From IMG/VR virus record IMGVR_UViG_2510065010_000001, positions 64,001-128,000 of that record: a DNA stretch of 64,000 nt; one strand, written 5' to 3'. Positions 8,657 to 16,122 of the stretch are shown in pieces. How positions within the stretch are numbered: the first letter of the stretch is position 1; every line of letters starts with the position of its first letter. The position numbers were made by a program, and so were the translations under genes. This stretch comes from a virus (Duplodnaviria; Caudoviricetes). The notes beneath the pieces were generated by a model. The model was not told where the DNA came from. It saw only the letters and a program-made list of their open reading frames with translations, and searched no databases.

Positions 8657-9511
8657 CCTGATGAAATCTGTAATTTCTACAGAAATCTAGGCTTTCGCAA
8701 TCGTAGCGGTACGATTACTGCACCGTGGGTTCGCACCACGCTTAGAAGTGCTTTTACGCTTGCTCTGCACTCTGCCAGAAGGTTCGGCACAAAGCATGGC
8801 CTCTAATTGGCTGTTAGCCAGTGTAAAATACTGATGCCGTCTGATAGGCTTCAGCTTGTTATGTAGCGTGTACCATGCTGACCATACGTGCTTTGCCGAC
8901 TTCACATCAGCATAGGCGTTGCGGTTAGGTACACGCTCTGACAATCTCATGGCTCTACGCGCTAGAACCATTGCAGCAGCGGTATCCAAAGATAGGCCGT
9001 ACTGTCTCATAAATTTCACTAATCCAATCGTTGAACTATAGGCAGGATTGACTTTAATCAATTCAATTCCTGCCAGTTCACATTTCTGCTCCAGCAACGT
9101 GGTGAACTTGCCATAAATAAAACCTGAGAGCATCCTCGCATACCGCCTACCTTGCTCTCTCATCTGTGACTTCTTACTCTGGAAGTCCAGATTTTCAATC
9201 ACAATTGGGCACCGAAAGGTTTGAGCCAGTGTTACCAGTTGCTTCGTCACATCATGCAACGTGGCGGCAATCTGACCAGATCGACGGCTATGCAAGTTGA
9301 TTTTGAACTGGCCGTGATGCTTCAGGTTGCCGTCTCGATCCACGTATGTCCAACCGATGACACCTGGGTTAATATCCACTCCCAAGCAACCATACTGTTT
9401 TGGCAAGCTCTTACGGTCTGGAACTAATTCCCCGGTCTGCTCCCACTTGCGGAGAGTCTCTATTGAAACCCCTAGCAAGTCTGCTGCTACCCCTATCTTG
9501 ATAAATCTGCT
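8657..9511 (-). pseudogene. internally deleted IS607-type element: MerR-like HTH of the serine transposase fused in frame to the RuvC half of TnpB
   Basis: SRFIKIGVAADLLGVSIETLRKWE (IS607 TnpA HTH) joins at about 9410 to GCLGVDINP..IVIENLDF..VNPAYSS..DTAAAMVLARR; IS607-like end with AGATTT repeats and GG near 8657. Confidence 0.75.
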
Positions 9512-9648
9512 TTTAGGAGAATGCACCGCTAACTTGTACTTTAGACTGCATGTAATGTTCAAGCATCTCAATCCTACGGATATTGATCGCAGCATACCTA
9601 CGTTGGAAACTGCTGAGGCGTTTATTAATGCTGAAGAGGAAGAGAGTA

Positions 9649-9732
9649 GGGAAGAGTGCACGGCGTAGGTAAGAGTGGGAAGAGTGGGAAGAGCGGGAAG
9701 AGCAGATTGGATTGGGAAGAGTGCACGGCGTA
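9649..9732. repeat. purine-rich repeats: GGGAAGAG units plus a 19-bp direct repeat
   Basis: GGGAAGAGTGCACGGCGTA at 9649-9667 and 9714-9732, flanking tandem GGGAAGAG(T/C) units. Confidence 0.85.
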
Positions 9733-10055
9733 AACACCCTTGAAATGAAGCGTGGGAAGGGTTAAGTTTACATTCTGATGAGAGGATTAAATAGACGGCT
9801 ATTACAGGGTTAAAAGTGAGCACATAATCAACGTAGAATGTGCTAGTAAAAAAATTGCCGATCGCACTCTTCCCATATAGCGCGCCCACCCCCAAACTCT
9901 TTACAATACTCACTCCCGAATTTTCACACCCCCTCTAAAATGCAAACCTCAGCCATTCTCCATCGGATGAGGTTTGCATATGAACCTGCCAAATGCTTTC
10001 CCGGCTGTAGGCAGGTTCTACTTTTTGGGTATAAAACTAATATGCTTGTATTACC

Positions 10056-10152
10056 CAACGAGTTTATTGGGTTTCAGCCGCCTATTCCTTAAAAGTTGTA
10101 TTGGGATTGTACAGGTGTTCTATTAAGTCAACGAGTTTATTGGGTTTCAGCC
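10056..10152. repeat. 24-bp direct repeat, two copies 73 bp apart
   Basis: CAACGAGTTTATTGGGTTTCAGCC at 10056-10079 and 10129-10152. Confidence 0.85.
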
Positions 10153-10155
10153 TTT

Positions 10156-10293
10156 CTAGTGCATCCTTCCCTTCCTGTTTCCTAGTCTAAACTCTTCGCA
10201 TTCTGCACACATACCAACAATAAACTCGTTATCTTTTAGAGGACAGCCGCATATGCGACATACCGATTTGGATGGGTTTATTAGTCTTCTCAT
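10156..10293 (-). CDS. 45-aa zinc-finger-like microprotein (not in ORF track)
   Basis: MRRLINPSKSVCRICGCPLKDNEFIVGMCAECEEFRLGNRKGRMH, with CxxC..CxxC. Confidence 0.55.
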   Translation of the reverse strand: MRRLINPSKSVCRICGCPLKDNEFIVGMCAECEEFRLGNRKGRMH

Positions 10294-10419
10294 TTAGTTT
10301 TTATAAAAATTTAAAAAACACACGTACAAGCAGTGCGTGTGTTTCCAAAATGGATATTGCGTTTGTGTTTTAAAGAAGCTTTCTATAAAGCATCACCTGT
10401 ACTTAGGCGCGATCGCCAC

Positions 10420-10629
10420 TCAATTCAACTCTGCCGCGTGTACCTGTTTAGCTTCTGCAGCTACGGACTGTACCTTTTTCAGAGTATTAATGCATTGTTC
10501 CAACTCTGCGTAGGTTAACCCATGTAGCAGGATGTGTTCTTCATCCACAGTTACCCGCAGACCCATCACACAGTCTACAGCTTCATCGCAAAGGTTAATA
10601 ATTTCTTGAAATCCACTTACAGCATCCAT
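10420..10629 (-). CDS. hypothetical protein
   Basis: 69-aa ORF in a run of minus-strand small genes. Confidence 0.5.
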   Translation of the reverse strand: MDAVSGFQEIINLCDEAVDCVMGLRVTVDEEHILLHGLTYAELEQCINTLKKVQSVAAEAKQVHAAELN

Positions 10630-10786
10630 ACACCAAATTTTTAATAAACAACAGTAAAGTAGCCACGGGTTAAATGAAAATATGTACCCGTGGCTTTATT
10701 CTCGTCAACTGCGTCCTCACCAGTGTCAGCCTCGCTCCAGATCTGCGCCAAATAGTTTACAGATAAGGAGGGCTGGGGAACCGGAT

Positions 10787-10821
10787 AAAGCCCACTGGCT
10801 TCAGCCGTGGGAGTGGATCAA
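10787..10821 (+). mobile_element. solo IS200/IS605-type end hairpin remnant
   Basis: AAAG-CCCACTGGCT-TC-AGCCGTGGG-AGTGGATCAA resembles an IS605 subterminal hairpin. Confidence 0.45.
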
Positions 10822-10856
10822 TGGTATAACCTCTTGGGGTTTTGACGTATGTCAAA

Positions 10857-11006
10857 TTAGCTTTCCTCCAACCAAATTACTCCAATATCCAACCATTCGT
10901 TGTCCAGTAATATTTGCCGTTGGCAGACCAGCTTTCCAGTTGGTTCTCCATCACACATTTCTGGTTCTCGAATGATTCGAGTTCTGTATCGTTCTAACAC
11001 GGTCAT
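10857..11006 (-). CDS. 49-aa hypothetical protein (not in ORF track)
   Basis: AGGAG SD; MTVLERYRTRIIREPEMCDGEPTGKLVCQRQILLDNEWLDIGVIWLEES. Confidence 0.6.
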   Translation of the reverse strand: MTVLERYRTRIIREPEMCDGEPTGKLVCQRQILLDNEWLDIGVIWLEES

Positions 11007-11095
11007 GGGTTAAACTCCTACAGTTTGACTGTATTGCTTTAACAAACCTTGCACCCGTTGCACTTTCTTGAACAACTCTGCCCGGTAGTTTCGAC

Positions 11096-11425
11096 TTAGT
11101 GTATCGGCTTCCAAACATCTGGAGTACCTAGAATTTCACTTTTGTTACTGTACCACTCACCTTTTATGAAGTAGCCATATTCGGTCCGGTCTTCCAGCAG
11201 CCAATGCATGTGAATTCCAACAAACTCAACCGGGTTAATCCCACTGATCCAGGCGTTCTCATACTTTGCGATCGCTATGATTGCATAAATAAGAGAAGTC
11301 TTGTTAAGACCACTTGGTAAGTTAATAACTACACTACGGTCTTCTTTCTTCTCGGCTTCTGGTCTTTCTAGCACTAGAACTGTGTCGCCGCCGTAGATGT
11401 TTCTGTTGACTTTAATTCTGTTCAT
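11096..11425 (-). CDS. hypothetical protein
   Basis: 109-aa ORF. Confidence 0.6.
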   Translation of the reverse strand: MNRIKVNRNIYGGDTVLVLERPEAEKKEDRSVVINLPSGLNKTSLIYAIIAIAKYENAWISGINPVEFVGIHMHWLLEDRTEYGYFIKGEWYSNKSEILGTPDVWKPIH

Positions 11426-11595
11426 TGCTTTCCAAAATTAAACTATACTGTCACAGCTTTAATAAATATTTTTCTCTCGACTGTCAGACCAAATTAAATA
11501 TAGCTGTAAACCATAAGAAAACAAGCGGTGCAATCTCCTAAAGGAAACTACACCGCTGCTGCACTTATCACAAGGAACCCAAACTTAACTTTTCA

Positions 11596-11679
11596 AGCCT
11601 GTCTCATTCAGTTTGCGTAGGCTAACCCGCAAAGACTACCTGGCTAAGTTAATAAATTAATTAACCAGGTAGTTTCGAC
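11596..11679 (-). ncRNA. type II hammerhead ribozyme with CUGAAUGA core variant
   Basis: GTC-GAAA-[stem III CTACCTGGTTAA/TTAGCCAGGTAG]-TC|[stem I TTTGCG/CGCAAA]-CTGAATGA-GAC-AGGCT; loop I AGCCT can pair with the 3' AGGCT (pseudoknot). Confidence 0.8.
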
Positions 11680-11716
11680 TAATCAACTAGGAAACACACG
11701 ACCGACCACCTACAGC

Positions 11717-11974
11717 TTACTTCCTGCGACCAGGAGTATAAATAGGTTCGCCATGAGAATTTTCACTAGAATCTAGAGTTTCGACAGCTTTTGCCAAACA
11801 GCGCCTTTGGCCAGCACCCGTGGACGCGGAACCCAAGCAAGATAATTGACCGTTCGCTTCAGCAGGAGTAATAAACCCTACTAAACCAACAACAAAAGAA
11901 ATGCTCAGCGCAGCTAAAATATTCCAAACAGCAAACTTTAACACGTAACCATCAACAGTGTGATTCTGACGCAT
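11717..11974 (-). CDS. small membrane/secreted hypothetical protein
   Basis: Hydrophobic N-terminal segment followed by AEA; GGAG SD. Confidence 0.55.
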   Translation of the reverse strand: MRQNHTVDGYVLKFAVWNILAALSISFVVGLVGFITPAEANGQLSCLGSASTGAGQRRCLAKAVETLDSSENSHGEPIYTPGRRK

Positions 11975-12079
11975 AACCTAATCCTCCAAGTCGTTTAGAT
12001 AAACAAAAAACCCTCCAATTAACCCGAAAGTTAATAAGAAGGTTTGTTGTGCATCTAAACTAAAATGCGCCGGAACTAC

Positions 12080-12111
12080 ATCTATATATATATATATATA
12101 TATATATAGAT
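12080..12111. repeat. (TA)13 run forming a perfect palindrome
   Basis: ATC(TA)13GAT. Confidence 0.9.
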
Positions 12112-12137
12112 ATAAATGAGTCCGACGCACTATTAGC

Positions 12138-12812
12138 TTACTTACGACCACCCAAAGAAGCAGGGATTGCAACCGGGCGGCGAGTCACAGGAGCAGAAGC
12201 AACAGCTTGAACTTCAGTACTTCCAGAGAAAGGTGTCTCGCGACGGGTAACATTACCCTTCTTGAGTTCACCAACTGGAGCAACAAAGCTAGCACCGTTA
12301 CCCATCCAGAAGTTGTCGATTGCATAGCTCTCCCAAAGAGAACCATTAATCTCAACATCTTCTTCCTGCATCAGGTCAAACACGATGAACGAGTCAGCTT
12401 GAGGCAGCGCAGGAGACAAGAAGTATGCACCAGAACCAGTGGTTAGTACAACTTCCCCGCTTTTGAACTCTTGACCAATCATGCGGGTAGCATAGTTAGA
12501 CAAAGACTTCCAAATGCCAGCTTCAAAATCAGACTCGCGGATATTGATTGCAGCTTTAGCATGTTTGTGATTGCCGTTCTCATACGCCATACCAAGAGCA
12601 TGGAATAAGTCGATACGAACAGACACTTGGATACTGCCATCATCTTGATGAACAGCACCACGAACAGCCAAAGCACAACGCTCCCGAACAACTCCATCCT
12701 TACCAGTCTCTTTATACATCAAAGACTGCAAAGAAATAGGCGTAATACCATCCTTAAAGGAAGGAGCAGCATTCAGTTCAGCGTTGTAAATAGCAATAGT
12801 CGTCATGGTCAA
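12138..12812 (-). CDS. hypothetical early protein
   Basis: 224 aa, strong AGGAGA SD, biased codon use typical of a highly expressed gene. Confidence 0.75.
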   Translation of the reverse strand: MTMTTIAIYNAELNAAPSFKDGITPISLQSLMYKETGKDGVVRERCALAVRGAVHQDDGSIQVSVRIDLFHALGMAYENGNHKHAKAAINIRESDFEAGIWKSLSNYATRMIGQEFKSGEVVLTTGSGAYFLSPALPQADSFIVFDLMQEEDVEINGSLWESYAIDNFWMGNGASFVAPVGELKKGNVTRRETPFSGSTEVQAVASAPVTRRPVAIPASLGGRK

Positions 12813-12847
12813 TTTCTCCTAAAAGTTTAATATGGTGGCTTCATACC

Positions 12848-12950
12848 GCGAAGCGCTCCACCCCCGGTTAATACCCGCATTCCATGTATTCAGGTATTCC
12901 AAGAGATTCACGCACACAGGCGAAGCCTCCACCCCCGGCTTATACCGGGG
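12848..12950. promoter_or_regulatory. two ~28-bp direct repeats, each with a GAA-triloop mini-hairpin; candidate phage RNAP promoters
   Basis: GCGAAGCGCTCCACCCCCGGTTAATACC (12848) and GCGAAGCCTCCACCCCCGGCTTATACC (12920). Confidence 0.5.
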
Positions 12951-12993
12951 TAGAGTATGGGACTGAGAATAAGAATTTTAATAACTGTCAGAA

Positions 12994-14871
12994 CTACGCG
13001 GCAACTTTTAAGTCATCTGGTGTAAACCAAACAAACTGAACGTTGTCTTTGATCCAAGTGAAGGCTTCATCATCGTTGAGTAGTAACTCACCCATTGCAG
13101 CCCTGTCCTTTACACACATCCCAATGATGTTATCCATCTGATAGATAACACACGTTTCGGATTCAGATAAAACGCTGGCTTTAGGATTCGCTACGTATTC
13201 AACTTCCATAAGTAAATGGTCACGCACCCAAACTTTGCTGTCGCCAGCGTCAGACCAAACGGCTGGGTAAACCTTTTGCCCCAAGGCTCTAAACATCCCT
13301 ATTTCAGCTTTGGTAATAAATTGCTTCACTCGATGTTCGCAATGCACCACTTTATTAAGGATGTTTGGTTTGTTGCACAGGATATGCAAATATTCCGGGT
13401 TTGTCACCCGACTGCACACAACATACAACAACCCGTGAGTTTTTCTCCCACTATTCAGGTGATACACCAGCGGTTCGTTGATTGTTAACCCTTGGCACTT
13501 CCAAGGAGTCATTGAATGACACAGTACGCCGGGTAAAGCCCTGAATTTACCAATGGGTTTACCCTTTTTCCCAACAGGAAGAGGAACATCAACAGGGCTA
13601 ATCCAGTGAAGTTCACCATCTGGTAACTCAATCTGAATACGTGTCGGTTCAAGCTTCTTGATTATTCCAACTGTTCCGTTAACCAGCTTCTCGCTGATGT
13701 TCACTCGAACCATGAACTTTAACCCAGTTGCCAGAGTCATCTCTTCACTTAAAGGAGCCACTTCTTTGAGAATTCGTGCTCTCAAAGATTTAAGAGACTC
13801 ATTATCTGAAGTCGCCATCCCCATATCAGCAGTGTAAGTTCTGATCGTCTCACCCCGCTGCTTCGCAGCTTGAAGAACAACTTTGTTGTGGTCTGCTACT
13901 TCTTTATTAGTATTGAACAAGTGGATCGCATCATCTAATGATGCCAAGTCCAAACGTTCGTTACTTCTAAAGTTAATAAAGTCGTCACCTCTTTGGGTCC
14001 AGACTCGACTTAGTAACCGAGATACTTTTGGGTGATTAAAGTTGTTACCGTCACCCATCTCGTTTAGAGCTTCCACAAACCAACCATCACTACTTTTCTG
14101 ACGATGATTAGTAACGAGCGAAATTGCAGTTGCTCTCCAAGGTTGCTCATACTTTCTACGCTCTAATTCAAATGGTCCTTCACCGTCTACTAGCATAGAG
14201 CCGTATAGTCGAACATCATCTTTGTGAGAGCCAGCTTGGTGAAACTTAGCCTGCTCAAATGCCAAACTGTTAAAAACCTGCCAGGGAAGATTTTCTTGTT
14301 TGTCAATGATTAACAACTGACGGAAGTCACCAGTCAGGACAAATCGAACCCGACGGTTTGGACAGCATCGTTTAATAACTTGGTAAGTAAGTACCAAGTC
14401 CTCAGATGAAACCATTGACATTTCATCAATGAACACAACTAAGTCGCATTTCTCACGAGGATCAAAGTTAGCTGCAACATCTTCGGCTCTAGCGATCGTG
14501 CTGACACGAATCCAATGGTCACTGCAGAAATCGCGCATTCCAGCAGGAAGTGTAGACCCACCTGCACGTAATCCTGCAAACTTATTAAGTGTGCCTTCAC
14601 CTTGAGCGTTTCTGGCAGCAACACCTGTGGATGCACACACACGTACTTCATGTCCCTGCATTTTGAGCAAAGTTCTAGCTGCATTAATGATGAAAGTCTT
14701 TCCACTTCCACCTCTTCCTAACAACGCAATGCAATCATATACACCTGACCCAATTGTTGACATAGCTACTAATTGGTCGTCACTCATCGTTTCCCAGTAA
14801 GGCAAATCTTGAATTGCCTCGTTTTGATTAGATAACCAGGCTTTTGCAGCTAGCAAATCCATCTCTTTCAT
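12994..14871 (-). CDS. Pif1/RecD-like SF1B DNA helicase
   Basis: GRGGSGKT, ASTGVAA, IDEMSMV, GDFRQL, NHRQ, NGTVG, T.WKCQGLT, YVVCSRV. Confidence 0.92.
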   Translation of the reverse strand: MKEMDLLAAKAWLSNQNEAIQDLPYWETMSDDQLVAMSTIGSGVYDCIALLGRGGSGKTFIINAARTLLKMQGHEVRVCASTGVAARNAQGEGTLNKFAGLRAGGSTLPAGMRDFCSDHWIRVSTIARAEDVAANFDPREKCDLVVFIDEMSMVSSEDLVLTYQVIKRCCPNRRVRFVLTGDFRQLLIIDKQENLPWQVFNSLAFEQAKFHQAGSHKDDVRLYGSMLVDGEGPFELERRKYEQPWRATAISLVTNHRQKSSDGWFVEALNEMGDGNNFNHPKVSRLLSRVWTQRGDDFINFRSNERLDLASLDDAIHLFNTNKEVADHNKVVLQAAKQRGETIRTYTADMGMATSDNESLKSLRARILKEVAPLSEEMTLATGLKFMVRVNISEKLVNGTVGIIKKLEPTRIQIELPDGELHWISPVDVPLPVGKKGKPIGKFRALPGVLCHSMTPWKCQGLTINEPLVYHLNSGRKTHGLLYVVCSRVTNPEYLHILCNKPNILNKVVHCEHRVKQFITKAEIGMFRALGQKVYPAVWSDAGDSKVWVRDHLLMEVEYVANPKASVLSESETCVIYQMDNIIGMCVKDRAAMGELLLNDDEAFTWIKDNVQFVWFTPDDLKVAA

Positions 14872-14912
14872 ATGTCCCCCTTAAGACTTGAATCGTTCAA
14901 AAGTAAACAAAC

Positions 14913-14934
14913 AGGGGAGGAGTTACCCTCCCCT
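14913..14934 (-). terminator. hairpin/terminator between the RNAP gene and the helicase
   Basis: AGGGGAGG/CCTCCCCT stem followed by GTTTGTTTACTTTT on the minus strand. Confidence 0.5.
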
Positions 14935-14940
14935 ACCGAG

Positions 14941-16041
14941 CTAAAACAAATCAAGGTCAATCTCTACAACCTCTCCTTGTATCGCTACTGCAATCGTTTT
15001 GCAGAACTCCCAGCATTGAGCAACTGTGATTGATTTCTCAACCAAGCTCAAAGATGGGTTTATGGTTGTTAGCCAACTTACGAAGTTGTCAACCATCGAC
15101 TTGTGTGTGTCTTCTCCAGCAACATCAAACTGCCCTTTGGATATTAGTGCTGCCATCTCTGCAGTCAACTTAATAAAATCTTCCGGGCTTTCATAGAAGT
15201 CAGTCACTTCTCCAGACTTTGAGATGTTCCTACAGGCTGCAACTTCCTTAGCTGCTGAATAAATATCCAGTGCACAAGCACCGTTCATATCAGCAGCGTT
15301 CAGTTCTTTCTCAAACTTTGCTATCACTTCTGGGTTCGTTGTACCCAGATCCATACCCTGGATTACTGGAATCAACGTACCAAAAATGACATCGTATGCT
15401 TCCCAGCTTAGACCTCCTAGAGGTACTTCGTAAATCTCAGCAAGGATCAGGACTAAAGATTTGTTCTTTGTGAACTCTGGAGGAGTCCAATCTGGGAACA
15501 GTTTCTTTAGGTCGTCTTGCAAAGACCAGACAAGGCTCAAGTACAGATCAGCTGTTAAGAACAATCTATGCACCCAACCAACAGCCTCTTGAAACATCAA
15601 GGTGCTTCCTTCCAGCATCCCAGGCAAGCTCTTTCGAGTTTGCTTGTCTCGTAAATCAGTCGAGCATAAGTCAATGCTGAGATTCTTTGCACCCAAACCA
15701 CGTTTCTTGGCTACTGCCTTTTCAGAAGGTACGTTGTAGTGGTCACCCCAATAGGCACCACCTGGTACTAGTTGATCTGAACCTGTCCTTTTAACTACGT
15801 TACTAACAACATCATCAAATGTCGTTAACTCTAAGTTGGAGTCTCCTGCATCGCAGAATACTCTGTTATCACCATCACAGTCACCCGCATCACGTACATT
15901 ACCGATCGGGCTAATGTACGCAGTATCTTCTTCAAACCAATCTGCAAGAGGATGATCATCGTAAATGACACGAACCTTCATAATAGAAGGTGTTGTCATG
16001 GGAGCACGACTCATCATTACTTTCTTTCCGTCTAAACTCAT
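14941..16041 (-). CDS. putative phage RNA polymerase catalytic subunit (C-terminal half of the beta'-like barrel)
   Basis: GGAGGA SD before MSLDGKK; SRAP followed about 40 aa later by AGDCDGD (15868-15882), matching the R-x-P..DxDGD signature of two-barrel polymerases. Confidence 0.72.
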   Translation of the reverse strand: MSLDGKKVMMSRAPMTTPSIMKVRVIYDDHPLADWFEEDTAYISPIGNVRDAGDCDGDNRVFCDAGDSNLELTTFDDVVSNVVKRTGSDQLVPGGAYWGDHYNVPSEKAVAKKRGLGAKNLSIDLCSTDLRDKQTRKSLPGMLEGSTLMFQEAVGWVHRLFLTADLYLSLVWSLQDDLKKLFPDWTPPEFTKNKSLVLILAEIYEVPLGGLSWEAYDVIFGTLIPVIQGMDLGTTNPEVIAKFEKELNAADMNGACALDIYSAAKEVAACRNISKSGEVTDFYESPEDFIKLTAEMAALISKGQFDVAGEDTHKSMVDNFVSWLTTINPSLSLVEKSITVAQCWEFCKTIAVAIQGEVVEIDLDLF

Positions 16042-16122
16042 ATGTCCTCCAAGAAAATGAGTAAGCGGAGCCAAACTGACTCCGCTCGGTGTACGACGTG
16101 ATATTGGTCATTGAACTGTTAC

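Noticed and set aside
9512-9913. N-terminal ~130 aa of ORF 8687..9913 as real protein
   Set aside because: It is read-through of the non-coding GGGAAGAG repeat tract (LPALPTLPTL). Recognisable homology starts only at SRFIKIG.
10056-10230. 24-bp direct repeats as a mini-CRISPR array
   Set aside because: Only two copies, non-palindromic, with a 49-nt spacer and no cas genes. The partial inverted third copy lies inside a small ORF.
11084-11096. Second hammerhead ribozyme
   Set aside because: It shares AGTCGAAACTACC, but no complementary stem III strand or CUGA core follows.
11978-12172. 64-aa ORF containing YIYIYIYI
   Set aside because: Artefact of translating the (TA)13 run.
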